Both the position numbers and the translations under genes were made by a program. A DNA stretch of 63,062 bases, filler included, from Octopus bimaculoides (Eukaryota): the NCBI RefSeq assembly GCF_001194135.2. It is 6 parts of 6 records of this genome, joined end to end, with 100 filler letters (N's around TTAATTAATTAA, not from the genome) between each part and the next. Parts side by side here need not be neighbours in the genome. Positions count along the whole stretch, not along the records: positions 1 to 15,681 come from NC_068989.1; positions 15,782 to 34,902 come from NC_069008.1; 4 more parts are not named here. One strand, 5' to 3'. Below are positions 12,058 to 25,000 of the stretch, one piece after another. The first letter of the stretch is position 1. The number at the start of each line of letters is the position of its first letter. The notes beneath the pieces are model-generated. The model saw nothing but the letters and a program-made list of their open reading frames with translations, did not search any database and had not been told where the DNA came from.

Positions 12058-13251
12058 GTGTTGTGAATGCTTGCAGCAGAATGGGTTCTGTTAAAAGCAG
12101 CAAGGACCAAGTGACCAGGTAAATGGCAATGGATTGCATCTACCTGTCAGGAACAAGTGTCCTTGAATGGCCTTCCACTCTCAAGGTTTCTGTCATCTCA
12201 AGGAAATGGTAGAAGACATCTGCCCAAGGTGTTGTGCAGTAGGATAGATCTCAAGATCACATAGTTATGAAGCAGACCACATGGCCATACCTTCTCATAG
12301 TTGATATGACTATGACTCCATTATTTAAGATACTCTACGAGCTGAACAGCACTTATATGGAGTCTTTTGATCTGCTAGAAATAGCAGTCAAATTCACTCT
12401 CAAATGAGTCCCTACCGTTTTAAAAGGATGTTAAATGATAATGATACTTGGTTGAGACCCCGCTTCTCACTTGTAATGTCTTTTTGTTATTTAGATTGTT
12501 GCTTTTTTTAGCACTTTGTAGGCACATCATGTCACTATGAGTTTTCTCCCCTCTTAATGCCATACAATGTACCTGCAGCTACAGGGGAGAAAACTTGTAT
12601 AGGGAAATGATGCACCTAATCATGCTAAAGGTTAATTAAATAAGAAAAGACACAAGAACTTCCGTTTTTACTGGACAAAGGGTAATCACATTTGATTAGG
12701 TCTACAGGTCAAATTAAGACATTATTACCAGGAATGATACAAACGTATCCAAAGACCAGTTCCTTTGTAGCAGACAGTGATAATAATGGTGACAAACTAC
12801 AAGGAATAAAAAATTTTCCAACAAGTGTGAAACATGTCTCATGGTTTTAGCTTTTACATCTAGTTTTTCCATGCTGGCATGAGTTGGTTTAGAGTTCTTG
12901 AGCAGGGGACAGTACTCTATAGCTGGATGCCTTTCCTCTCACTAACCCTTACCTGATTTGCAAGTGAGGTACTTTATTCCACATGTTCCCACATATCAAG
13001 CCACATGTCATATGCGTTTTGTGTGTGTGTGTGATTATATATATTTTACCTTGCTTCAATCACTGGACTGGCACCATGCTAGGGCACAACCTAGAAAGAT
13101 TTAGTGAAAATCAGCCCTTAAGTTTGGTACTTATTCTGTCATTCTCTCTAGCTGAACCACTAAGTTACATGGACAAAAACAAACCAACACCAGTTGTCAA
13201 GTGGCCATGGTGGACAAACAAAAAGAGACACACCAGATATATATATATATA

Positions 13252-13368
13252 ATAGGATGAGAAAATAGAGGTAATTAATAAATTATTATTTATTGATTAG
13301 AGATGTTTGTCAATCTTTAAATTGATAAATAATAACTCATTAATTACCTCTCTATTTTCTTATCTTAT
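13252..13368. repeat. Small hairpin/MITE-like inverted repeat
   Basis: ataggatgagaaaatagaggtaattaat vs attaattacctctctattttcttatcttat. Confidence 0.6.
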
Positions 13369-13524
13369 AATAAATAAATATATATAAACCACTGTTTATA
13401 TAGTTACCTTGCAGTTGAGTATTAGATATAATGTTCAACACTCTTTGTATAGGTAACTAACCAGTACTTTCATAGGATTTAACTATCCCTGAATGAGGTT
13501 TGTAACCTTTATTTGTGCTTCTGT

Positions 13525-13555
<31 letters not shown>

Positions 13556-13689
13556 TCGCGTGTGTGTATGTGTGAGAGAGATAAAGATGGGTGGATGGAT
13601 ATAGATATATGGCAGGCTTCCACACAAGATGGTATTAGTTATCATAGGGCTATAATAGAAAACTATGCCGAAGGCACATCGATCAGTGA

Positions 13690-13990
13690 TTAGAGCAGCC
13701 AGCTCACAATCATCAGGTCATGAGTTCGATTCCCGGACCAGGCTGTGTGTTGTGTTCTTGAGCAAGACACTTTATTTCACGTTGCTCCAGTTCACTCATC
13801 TGTAGAAATGAGTTGCGACGTCACAGGTGCCAAGCTGTATCAGCTCCTTTGCCTTATCCCTTGGATAACACTGGTGGCTTGGAGAGGGGAGGCCGGTATG
13901 CATGGGCGACTACTGGTCTTCCATAAACAACCTTACCCGAACTTGTGCCTTGGAGGGTAACTTTCTAGGTGCAATCCCATGGTCATTCAT
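13690..13990 (+). mobile_element. tRNA-derived SINE family C (fragments also ~34415-34480 and ~38040-38150)
   Basis: B-box gagttcgattccc followed by ttgagcaagacactttatttcacgttgctcc body. Confidence 0.75.
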
Positions 13991-14160
13991 GACCGAAGAG
14001 TGATGGGGGTGGTTATAGCAGAAGTCACTTGCCCAAGGTACCATGCAGTGAGACTGAACCTGAAACCATGTGGTTACAAAGCAAGCTTCTTAACCATACA
14101 GCCATACCTGTGCCTACATACAAGTGAGTGCTGAAAAGTTCCTGGTGTGAAGGGTCTTTT

Positions 14161-14283
14161 GACACCTGATGAAGGCTGGAGGGTATATCAGCCAAAACGT
14201 TGTGTTAACAACAAACAAGATGAGGACAAATATCCGTCAAATGTAAATATTGTACGTAATTCCTCATCTCTTAAATATAGAAC
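14161..14283 (+). ncRNA. Third copy of the hammerhead-like tail of the 5305-5762 element (G12 mutated to A)
   Basis: gacacctgatgaaggctggagggtatatcagccaaaacgttgtgtt; near-identical to 5641-5762; helix III ACGT intact. Confidence 0.65.
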
Positions 14284-14463
14284 TGAGGATATTATTGGTA
14301 AAATATAATCACTCTTGACTTTTAGAATCATTTTCTTTCTTTTTTTTTCTTTTTTCTTTTTTGTAAGTTTAAAAATGAGAATTTTTTTTTTCTCCAAAAT
14401 TCTTCATTATTAATTGGTTGCACTATTTTGAGTGAGTTTTGCAATGAGCATACTCTCCAAGAC

Positions 14464-14696
14464 ATTTAATTCTTTAGCATTATTTAAACCAGCTGTATCC
14501 AGCCAAAATATTCTGCTCTTTTAATGCTCAAACAGGCCAAATCCGGTCGCTTATACCTACCCTACAATGGCATACTAAGAATAAACAATCCCGTCATTGA
14601 AATCTCAAAACTACAAGATAATTCATGATTAATTCAAGAGAATATTAATATATAAATATTACATTTAGCAGAATAATTTGAACGCTAAAGGGTTAA
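14464..14696. mobile_element. piggyBac-like MITE (TTAA/CCCTTTAGC termini)
   Basis: Right end aacgctaaagggttaa; degenerate left end ttaattctttagcatt. Confidence 0.45.
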
Positions 14697-15114
14697 GAGA
14701 TTTTAGAACCAAAATATCATCTGATACCAGCAATGGTTTAACATCATATATTAAAACTCCCCATGTCTTCAAAACTCCTCTTTATAAAATACATTTAATA
14801 CTGGAAACTAACACCTAAACCAAGGTCAGGTCAGGTTGATAGATTGATTGAAAGAAACATTTAAATTCAATCCCCTTTAGAATTTACCAATGGCACTCCA
14901 TCAAACTGGCTTCCTTCCTTGTTTGACTTTCCTTACCTTTTTACTCTTTTCCTTTAATTATTTCTTCTCCCACTTTGGTCACTGCACTCACTCTTGCATA
15001 TAATTCTGTACTTTTATTGCCGTAATGGCTAAAGTCAAGCTGAAGCATCACCTTTATATTAGATCAGACAGCTTATTCTCACAAACATGGAGCTGGTTTA
15101 TTGNNNNNNNNNNA

Positions 15115-15364
15115 TATTGGGTTGATGCATAATTATTGTGGCTTCTTTTTCAACAAATTTTATTCAACAATAACAACATGTAACAAAAACATCTTTAAAT
15201 GATTATTCCGGAGCATATTCACCATCTACTTCAATTACTGGTTCCTATTTGCTTGGCAGACAGTCAGACCATCATTTAAAGATGTTTTTCTTAAATATTG
15301 TTATTGTTTTTCATGAATAAAATTTGTTGAAAAAAAGCCACAACAATTATGCATCAACCCAATA
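15115..15364. mobile_element. mariner/Tc1-type MITE
   Basis: TA-ttgggttgatgcataattattg ... caacaattatgcatcaacccaa-TA, long TIRs. Confidence 0.8.
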
Positions 15365-15614
15365 TACATACATATATATATATGTATATATATATATACA
15401 CACACAGCTTTCATTTTTTTTTTTTCCATTTTATTTCATTTAGTTAGCTAAATGTTTCCTTCATCCTTTTTTTCTCTGTCTTTTTCATTTCTTATTAAAA
15501 AACAAAACCTACAAAAACATGCAGTTTTCATCTTCATAAATGCAGAACCATTCATTAAATATCATCTGAGAGCAAAAACACATGTATGTGCGAATGAATA
15601 TATATATATAATAC

Positions 15615-15679
<65 letters not shown>

Positions 15680-16684
15680 CANNNNNNNNNNNNNNNNNNN
15701 NNNNNNNNNNNNNNNNNNNNNNNNNTTAATTAATTAANNNNNNNNNNNNNNNNNNNNNNNNNNNNNNNNNNNNNNNNNNNNAGCGTCGGAGGATAAGTTT
15801 ACGAAAACTACTTACAATTTTTGTGAGACGCTGCGTTCAATCATGTAAAAACAAAAGTAAATGAGTATATGCATATATACGTACAGGTGTGTGCATACCG
15901 ACATCCACCTGTATGTATAGGTGCATATCTGGGTACAGGACATTGCAAACAAACGTAGACGAGAACACACGAGCCACATAGAGAACATTCTACTTCATCA
16001 GCTACCCACGTTTTATATATATATATATATATATATATTTCTGCCTCATTCACTACTAGTGCTTTATTCTCCCCATCTACAGTTAGCTAAGTTATTTCTT
16101 CTTAATAATGCCGAACAGGTTGTTGATCGAACCCCCGGTGACTTCAACTAAGTATTTCTATTCTTCTTGTTAACGTGTATGTTATTATCTTTATTACTTC
16201 TCAAATAAATATCCTGTACCCTGCTTTACCATTAACAAACCTTAATATCCGTACAATGATATAATATAATGTAATATATCACTAGGCTACGATGTTTCAT
16301 TTATTTTTATTCACTTTCTTCACTACATATAAATATGTTATTAGTTTCCCTTATATGATGTACTACCTTAGTTCCCTCCCTTCCTCCATTTTTGACTCAG
16401 CAATTAGCTCACGCTCTTTCAAATTTAACAGTACTACAACATACTTGTCTTTCTCCCCCTATTTCAATAACTCACTGAGTTTAACCTTTAGCATCACGTT
16501 TACAACCCCCTCCCTTTATATCTCTATGTAAACAAGCATTCTTATTCCTAAAGCCCATGGAATAATATCATTCATCCCTTTATATCTCTATGTAAACAAA
16601 CGTTCNNNNNNNNNNNNNNNNNNNNNNNNNNNNNNNNNNNNNNNNNNNNNNTATTTATATGCGTTTTGCTCCATTTATGATTAT

Positions 16685-16715
<31 letters not shown>

Positions 16716-16716
16716 A

Positions 16717-16916
16717 TCTAGCAATCCTCTTTAAATCGTGTAAGCATGCCCTGGCAAAACCCCTCCAGATCCTCTACCAGAGCCTTCTCACAAACGGCAG
16801 ACTGCCAAGCAAGCTGAAGGAGAGAATAATATGCCCAATCCATAAAGGGGGAAGCAGAGCAGATGCCAAAAACTATAGGCCTATCTCTCTGACTTCACAC
16901 ATCAGTAAAGTCATGG
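16717..16916 (+). mobile_element. CR1-like LINE reverse transcriptase fragment
   Basis: Translates AILFKSCKHALAKPLQILYQSLLTNGRLPSKLKERIICPIHKGGSRADAKNYRPISLTSHISKVM. Confidence 0.8.
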
Positions 16917-17475
16917 TTGTTGATGTAAACCCTCTCTTTCAGGTATCCCCACAAGAAAAAATCAAAGATAGTCAAGTCTGGGGAATGTGAAGAACAATTG
17001 ACATTGCTGTAGCAGGATATTATTTTCTCTCCAAAGCACTGCCATAGCAACTGCATTGTTTCTCTTGCAGTATGAGCAGTTGCCCCATCTTGCTGGAACC
17101 ATGTGTGAGGTCTACCTTGAATGGCCTTCACGTTCCCCAGACTTGACAAGCCCAGATTTTTTCTTGTGGGGATACCTGAAAGAGAGGGTTTACATCAGCA
17201 AACCGGAGACCCTGATGCAACTAAAGGAGAACATCCATAGAGATATCAGAGAAGTGGGGTCTGAAACTCTTGAGGGTTTTATGGTGCAAGTTTTGGAAAG
17301 AGCACAGGCGTGCGAAACTGAAAATGGCTGCCATTTAAGCAACGTCATTTTTCATATGTGATGTAGTAGTATTGCAATATTTGACTTGTGCATATTAATT
17401 TCCATTATGTCCTTTATATTGTATCAAAATTTCATTTGTAAAGTTAAGGAAGTTATTTAAAATGGAAACCCATCA
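16917..17475. mobile_element. rosa-like (DD41D) Tc1/mariner transposase remnant with internal inversion
   Basis: Minus: WFQQDGATAHTA...SPDLTIFDFFLWGYLKERVY, 41 residues between the two D. Plus: WPSRSPDLTSPDFFLWGYLKERVY...ENGCHLSNVIF. Confidence 0.8.
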
Positions 17476-17858
17476 GTGACTTTCCTACAAAAAGAAAGCC
17501 ATGTTTACACACACACACACACACAGTAATAGCAGTATTAGTAGATGTGTTGGTGGCAGTAACAGCTGTTGTAGTTTAGCCCCAGGTCAATTTGGATCAA
17601 ACAGACATATAATCAACAGTATGCCAGCCATGACCATCTTAGCATTTTTCAATCTACAGGAAACATAGAACCACAGATTTGAGGGAGATTTCATTACTAT
17701 TTCTAGCAGGACAAGTGATGACTTGAAGGGTTCTTTATTAACTCAGCAGACATAATGATAACAATAGTGGTGAAAAGGATTAGTAGAGACCAATATGACA
17801 TCTATGAAACTCCTGCAAACATCAGGGTAGAAGGAGGGTATGATAAAGTGGTACCTAC

Positions 17859-18006
17859 CTGGGTCACAGTGTGTATGTGGCACAACAAACACCTGAAGAT
17901 TATCTCGGTTATCCCAGTGGTTGGGTGCGTAGGTTATATTCCAACCTTGCTTCCACACACCACCATCAATGTTGTCGAATGGGATGACATCATAGGCATT
18001 GCGAAT
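17859..18006 (-). CDS. MAN2A: Golgi alpha-mannosidase II (GH38) internal exon: [50 protein letters not shown]
   Basis: DGGVWKQGW and VFVVPHxHxDPG signatures of class II mannosidases. Acceptor tattttcag, donor G|GTAGGT. 148 nt, phase 0/1; as I recall, this matches the equivalent vertebrate MAN2A1 exon boundaries. Confidence 0.93.
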
Positions 18007-18151
18007 CTGAAAATAGACATATTTCATTTGATTAATCATTCCTTCCATTAGTTCACTTTCTTAATTAGGTTTGTATAGTAGATTTTAACCCCGGTCTTCA
18101 GGTGTTATGAAAGAACTAGCAAGTCGTGTGGATCAAGGCCAATGCAATAGC

Positions 18152-18221
<70 letters not shown>

Positions 18222-18222
<1 letters not shown>

Positions 18223-18380
18223 CACCACTTGACAACCAATGCTGGTGTGTTTACTGACAAAAACAGACTGATAGAATAAGTACTAGGCTTACAAAGAATA
18301 AGTCCCGGGGTCGATTTGCTCGACTAAAGGCAGTGCTCCAGCATGGCCACAGTCAAATGACTGAAACAAATAAAAGCAAA
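18222..18380 (+). mobile_element. 3' module of the composite SINE family A
   Basis: cttgacaacc...gaataagtactaggcttacaaagaataagtcccggggtcg...gactgaaacaa; matches 48360-48573. Confidence 0.75.
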
Positions 18381-19109
18381 ATATACATATATATACATAC
18401 TGACACTCCATTGGTAATGATGATGAAGGTTCCAGTTGATCTGATCAACAGAACAGCCTGCTCATGAAATTAATGTGCAAATAGCTGAGTACATCACTGA
18501 CACACATACCTTTAACATAGTCCTCAGGGAGATTCAACATAACTAAGAATGAGACCAAGNNNNNNNNNNNNNNNNNNNNNNNNNNNNNNNNNNNNNNNNN
18601 NNNNNNNNNNNNNNNNNNNNNNNNNNNNNNNNNNNNNNNNNNNNNNNNNNNNNNNNNNNNNNNNNNNNNNNNNNNNNNNNNNNNNNNNNNNNNNNNNNNN
18701 NNNNNNNNNNNNNNNNNNNNNNNNNNNNNNNNNNNNNNNNNNNNNNNNNNNNNNNNNNNNNNNNNNNNNNNNNNNNNNNNNNNNNNNNNNNNNNNNNNNN
18801 NNNNNNNNNNNNNNNNNNNNNNNNNNNNNNNNNNNNNNNNNNNNNNNACTTTTAATTTTATATCATTTTATATTTTTTATATGTGTGTGTATAAAGGTCA
18901 CCTTTCCTTATTAGGGCAGATTGGGCTTTTTAGTTTTGTGATAACAGCCAATCTAGGAGATGATAAGGGCCAATCTAGGAGATGAAACTAGAGCAGAGAG
19001 GACAGCACTTATAGCACAGGTGCTAAATTACAACAATTTGAACTGTGTTTCTCTCTTTGAAATTTGATCAGCTGCAGTAGATCAGCACTATTAACAAGGA
19101 TATGTGAAG

Positions 19110-19805
19110 CATGGGCTGTGACTGCCAAGGACGGGCATAGGCTTGTAAGAAATGAAGGCAGTATGCTTTGTTAGACGTGTAATGTCAGTGTGCATGCATG
19201 ACAGAGTGTAAGTGTCTTGAGAGAAAAGTTGGGCATAAGAGGCATCAGATGCGGTGTACAAGAGAGACAACTGCACTGGTATGGTCATGTGATGTGTAAG
19301 GATGAGTACAGCTGTGTGAAGAAGTGCCACACTCTAATAGTGAAAGGGGCCTGTGGAAGAGATGAACCCAGGAAGACATGGGATAAAATGGTGAAGCATG
19401 ATCTTGAAATGCTGGGCCTCATAGAGGCAACAACAAGTGACTAAGACCTTTGGCGATATGCTGTACTGAAAAAGATCTGTCAAACCAAGTAAGATTGTAG
19501 TCATGACTGATGTTGCTTAATTGGCATGTAAACAGCACCTTTTGAAAGTTGGGCAATATGCTGTGCTTGAGAAGACCCATCAAGCCAAGTGAAATCATTG
19601 TCATGGCCAATGCCAGCGCTGTGTGGCTGGTACATAAAAAACACAATTCAAATGTTGAACCTCATGGAAGCAGTGACAGGTGACCAAGACTTTTGGCGAT
19701 ATACCATGCTTGAAAAGACCTATCAAGCCAAGCGAGATCATAGTCATGGCTGATGCTGGTGTCATGTAACTGAAAGCGGGTGTTAAATGATGACAATGAT
19801 GATGA
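19110..19805 (+). mobile_element. RTE LINE 3' fragment plus 3' UTR
   Basis: REKLGIRGIRCGVQERQLHWYGHVM...PRKTWD is an RTE C-terminus; (GAT)n-like tail. Confidence 0.8.
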
Positions 19806-19809
19806 ATCA

Positions 19810-20870
19810 CTCGAAAAAGAATCCTGGCCAGAACTTTACCAATGACTGATAAGAGGGAGATGCCACGAAAATTACCACAATCATTTTTCAATACTGATTT
19901 AAAAAGGGAAATTAGTATTGTGTCCATCCAGCAATTATAAAATTATGCATAAGTTCTACCATTTTTTCACTGCCAGACTTCAAAATCTCATTTCTAATAC
20001 CATCCACACAAACAGCTTTATTGTTGTTTAATTTTCTTATTGATCTAGAAGCATCTTCTAAAATCGATTCATTGGCCATTTCATGGATAACTTAGATTTT
20101 CTGTTTTGAATAATATTCATATCTACATTGGAAGCCCTATTCAAAAGATTTGAATAATGCTCAACCTGATGTTTCTGTATGGAGGGGATGTCAGTTAAGA
20201 GACATCTTCCATCAACACAGCAAACTGGGGCTATTGCAGTTGATGTGGGACCAGAGACTTCTTTGATTAAGGAGAAAAATTGCTTTGTGTCCTTCCTATT
20301 AAAAGCAGCTTGTGTTTTCAAGGCCTTCTTTCAGACTCATTTGGGTTACCTGACTGATTGAGAATATATTTACATTTGATTAAGGGAGTGATTTCATTGT
20401 TGTAGCCTGTGAGCCAATCTATCTTCTAATTTCATTGATTTAAACCCTATTGTAGAAGAATCTAAATTGTAGACCTGAGATTTAAAAGATTCACATAGAT
20501 TGTCTTGGTCAAGTGAGATATTGCTAATAGTATTTTGAAATTGTTGAAGGATGGCTAAAAATTTCAAGTAAGTAATGTTAAGTTTTTTTTGGCAGTTTAG
20601 ATTCTTTGGTTTAATGAAAAAATTGAGTTTTGTCCTAACTAATCGATCTTTCCAACAATCAATCTCTCTCATAACACAAACACTCTGTACATCCTTAAGA
20701 TCACACTGGCGAGTTAATAAATAGTCAATAAGGTTCCAGGCTTTTGGCCTAGGGTGCATCCAAGTTGTTTTGTATTTTCCTTTTTATTTACAAAATGTAT
20801 TAGTGATTACAAACTGATTCTCTGTGCAAAAGGTTAATAAGGCAGTTGCGTTATTGTTACAGTTTGCAAT
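19810..20870 (-). mobile_element. Degraded RTE (BovB-like) LINE, endonuclease end to RT start
   Basis: MHPRPKAWNLIDYLLTRQ..., KDTKQFFSLIKEVSGP...EHYSNLLNR, NFRGISLLSVIGKVLARIL. Confidence 0.8.
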
Positions 20871-21496
20871 GCCATGCTTGCCTAGCACAGGCCAAGTTTC
20901 ATGATCCCTTCCAACCCTTGCATTAAAGTCACCCAAGTTTGTCTTCTATGAACTGACACATTAAGTTCATTGTACAAATTTTCAATATTTTCATAGGAAT
21001 TGACCACTGTAGGGATATAAACGCTTATGATTGTTGCACATCATCCATTTTTTAGCTCCATATAACATGACATAATGCACTCAGAAGTTTCATTTGGTNN
21101 NNNNNNNNNNNNNNNNNNNNNNNNNNNNNNNNNNNNNNNNNNNNNNNNNNNNNNNNNNNNNNNNNNNNNNNNNNNNNNNNNNNNNNNNNNNNNNNNNNTT
21201 TTAGCTCCATATAACATGACATAATGCACTCAGAAGTTTCATTTGGTAGTTCCTTCAAAGAATACAGTAAGGATGGTTTTATGGCAAAGTTTACCCCAGT
21301 TTCCCTTCGTCTACTCCCTGGTAAGCCTTTCGAAAAGACAGTATACCCTTGTTAATATAGTTGAACTACTTTGGCCAATCATGTCTCAGAGAGATCAACA
21401 AGGTCCAAATTGTAGTGATTTAGCACCTGTACTATAAATGGTGTCGGTCTGAACAGCCTTTGAATGTTGCTTTACTGCTGAACAGTCAAGGAAGAA

Positions 21497-22205
21497 ATGA
21501 GTACATTCTATGCATACTCAAAAGTGAGAGCAACAACATCTTCAGAGTTCCAACTACTGCACCGCTACTCTGAGAATACAACTGTCTCATGCAACCCAAA
21601 GGGGGCTGGACTGGCCTACCTGAACAGAAGCTTGGAGGAGAACCAAACATCTTACCAACAAAAAGCAATGCATGGGTACATATCCCATAAGCTAGAGGGT
21701 AACAACAGCATTAACAGGAAGATTAACCTCTTCTGGACCTGTGATAGAAACATTACATTCTACCTAGAAGGATATGTCTTCACTAACCAGTTACCAAATA
21801 TCTGATAAACAGTTACCAAATATCTGATAAACAAGAGGGACAAAGATACCACCAAACCTCCACATTGTGATAAAAAATGTTGGCTCTGCTATACCAATGT
21901 GAAAGATATCACCCACATCAGCAGCAGCTGTCTATGAGATACTACTTTCCCCTGAGGCATGATATAGTTGCTGACTATTTACAATGCTATCCACAGGAAG
22001 GATTGCCCTGGCATATAGATCAAAGGCATGTCAGAATCAGCATGCATTCACACCTTTAAAAACAAGGAATACTGGTGGAATACTCCAATAAAAACAGCAA
22101 TTTAGTGCAGACGTAACAGACCTGATATTGGTATGCACTGTTGTAGAGGTCAGCTGCCCAGCGGATATCAATGTACAATCAAAAGTCCAAGGAAAAGAAA
22201 CTGAT
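21497..22205 (+). mobile_element. Degraded RLE-type (R4/Dong/NeSL-like) non-LTR retrotransposon 3' part
   Basis: YQQKAMHGY...LEGYVF; CCHC knuckle KCWLCYTNVKDITHISSSC; RHDIV; WWNTPI; RNRPDI; VEVSCP, all across frameshifts. Confidence 0.65.
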
Positions 22206-22797
22206 GCAGATTCTCCAAATCTAATCTATTAGTGGCAGAATGAAGATTTGTAAGACATTCCAAAACTTCTCCACGTGAGACTCTTATGTGAATAGATGTA
22301 CACATTTGGGTATATGCATCGACAGTTCAACCAGCACACTGACTCAGCCACATATTCACAAACACCAGGAACTCTCTTAACTTAAAAATCTTGTCACTTG
22401 AACTCTCTCAAGAACTCAAATTAAATTCAAAGAAAAATCATACATATATACATATATATGTACATACATACACACACACATACACACATTCACACACACT
22501 CACACACTCATAAGTTAACATATTAACATAAGGCTAAGGATCAGTGAAAAAGAAAATACCTATGTTGAACTATAATCTATAATTATTCTATTCAGATTAC
22601 AAGTCCAGCTTTATACCTGTAATTATGGGGGTACTGAGATATGTAACACATTGCCTAAATGCCAATCTTGAGAAATTTGTTTTCTTAAAACCAGAAAGGA
22701 GAAAGCTGATTCGAAGACTACAGGTCCAATCCACCACTGGAACTGTAAAAATCTGTAAATCCAGAAGTTTATCATTTAAGTATATATGAGTATGGAG

Positions 22798-24302
22798 AAT
22801 TTTTTCTCTTTCGAATGATATAGGTGTTATATATCTTTCTACAATTTTAATGTGCAATTAATTCAAATGATTAGAAATTGTTGGCAAAATAAGTTTAAGA
22901 CTGTACCAAGATTATGCAAATTAATAAACCAAATGGCTGGTCATATGGCTGGTCATACTGCACTGTTTTGTTTAAAAATCAAGCATTGTTACACATTAAT
23001 TCACTATGTGAAATTGTTCTAGTATCATCCCAGTTACTAGATCAAAGATCATGTTGTTTCATCAGTAAAATGTGTCCATCATGAACATTAGCAAGCAATT
23101 AGGATGCAACTAGGATGCATTTAGGCTTGTGTTCAAGCATGGAATCTTTAACAAGCCACTGGCCAATACAAAGATCAGCAAAGAACAAGAGCTCTGAGAA
23201 AAACAACAGTATAGATGGATCAACGAATTCATAGGCTCTTTTAATGTAACTGAATGCTAGCAGCAGTCGACATTTGCAAGCAATTATCTGATGAAACTGA
23301 CATCAGCTTTATGCCATAAACTGTCAGAAACTGCCTAAAAGAATTTGGACTGTTTGGCTGGATCATTTGGAAGAAGCAGATAATTTCTGAGATGAACCGG
23401 TGGAAGTGGATCAAGTTTGCTAAAAGCCATATTGAATGGACGGCTGGAGACTGGTCAAAAGTTCTTTGAAGCGAAGAATCCCACTTCTGCATTTTTGGAT
23501 CAGATGGAAAGACTTATGTTAGATGCCATCCAACTGAAGAATTCCATCCTAAGTGTGTCAAGAAAATAGCGCAAGCGGGAGGTAGGGGAGTAATGGTGTG
23601 GGCTGTGTTCAGCTACTTATGTGTTGGTCCAATTGTTAAGGTTGATGGCAAACAGAACAGTGTAGGCTATCTGCAATTAGTAAATGAAAATGAGCTGCCA
23701 TATTTAAATAATCAGATGCCACTGCGATCTGTTTTCCAGCAGGATAATTGCACCGTTCATAAGGCTAGGAAAGTTTTGCAATATTTTGATCGCAATAATA
23801 TGGTGGTTATTGAATGGCCTCCACAGAGCCTGGATTTGAATCCAATAGAACATTTATGGAATTATGTTTTTAAAAGAGTTAATGCTAAAAAACCAACAAA
23901 TTTGTTCCAATTATATAATTTGATTGAAGAACATTCCAAGTAATTTTTGTGCTCATTTGTCGAACTCCATGTCCCATCATTGTAAGGCCATAATTGAAAA
24001 TAATGGCTATAGAACTAGATGCTAATAATAAATCATTTGTGCTGTAAATTTTCAGTTTAAACAAAATAATATTGGTATGGTCTTAAACTTATCTTGCCAA
24101 CAATTTTTAATCATTTCAATTAACTGCGCATTAAAATTATTCAAACTATAGAAAAATATATAACACCTATATCATTCGAAAGAGAAAAAAAATCTACATA
24201 AATTGTAAAAAGTAAAATAATTTTTATACAGTTTTGTTAAAAATAAATTAATGAAGGAATAGAACTGTCATAATTGTTCTTAAACTTATTTTGGCCTGTG
24301 TA
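22798..24302 (+). mobile_element. Tc1 (IR/DR type) transposon with degraded DD34E transposase
   Basis: FQQDN...WPPQSLDLNPIEHLW. Long inverted repeats 22798-22910 and 24073-24192, repeated aaaataagtttaag DR motif, right end ggcctgtg-TA; left tip missing. Confidence 0.85.
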
Positions 24303-24593
24303 CATACATCCAAACAATCATACGTACATATATACATACATACAAACATACAAACATACACACATACATACATACATACACACATACATACATGTCCACA
24401 GTTGTAGACATGCCCCCTCCAGACAATCAATATTTCCTTCATGACTTCATTGCTAAAATTTAATATATCACCAGAGACGTCTCTGTGCTTTTATAACATT
24501 TTTCATCATGGGGAGAGATCTCTTTGAAGCAGTAGATTCATCCTGTCGTAGCCATTCAGAAACACACAAACGCTGCTAACTTCACTTCAACCT

Positions 24594-25000
24594 AGGTGTA
24601 GGTGTGGCTGTGTGGCAAGAAATTTGCTTCCCAACCACATGGTTTCAGGTTCAGTTTCATTTTGTGGGCATATGTCCTCCACTATAACTCTGGGTTAACC
24701 AAAGACTCACAAGGGAATTTGATTGAAGGAAACTGAAAGAAGCCCGTCATATATATATATGTGTGTGTGTGCTGTGTGTTTTTATGTCTGTGTTTATTCC
24801 CCCCACCACCACTACCGCGTGACAACCAGTGTTGGTATGTTTAAGTCCACGTAACTTAGCATTCAGCAAAAGACCAATAGATTAAGTACTGAACTTTAAA
24901 AAATAAATACTGGGGTCAATTTGTACAAGTACAACTAAAATTCTTCAAGGCAGTGCCCCAGCATGGCCACAGTGCAATGACTGAAACAAGTAAAAGATAA
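24594..25000 (+). mobile_element. Composite SINE family A
   Basis: Head plus (TA/TG)n plus 3' module, as at 48175-48573. Confidence 0.75.

Noticed and set aside
15726-15737. TTAATTAATTAA islands inside N runs (also 34947, 49427, 56206, 59498)
   Set aside because: Identical 12-mer with stops in all six frames, always embedded in gaps: most likely an assembly gap marker, not biology.
21049-21247. 50-bp direct repeat on both sides of a gap
   Set aside because: Typical unmerged contig overlap.
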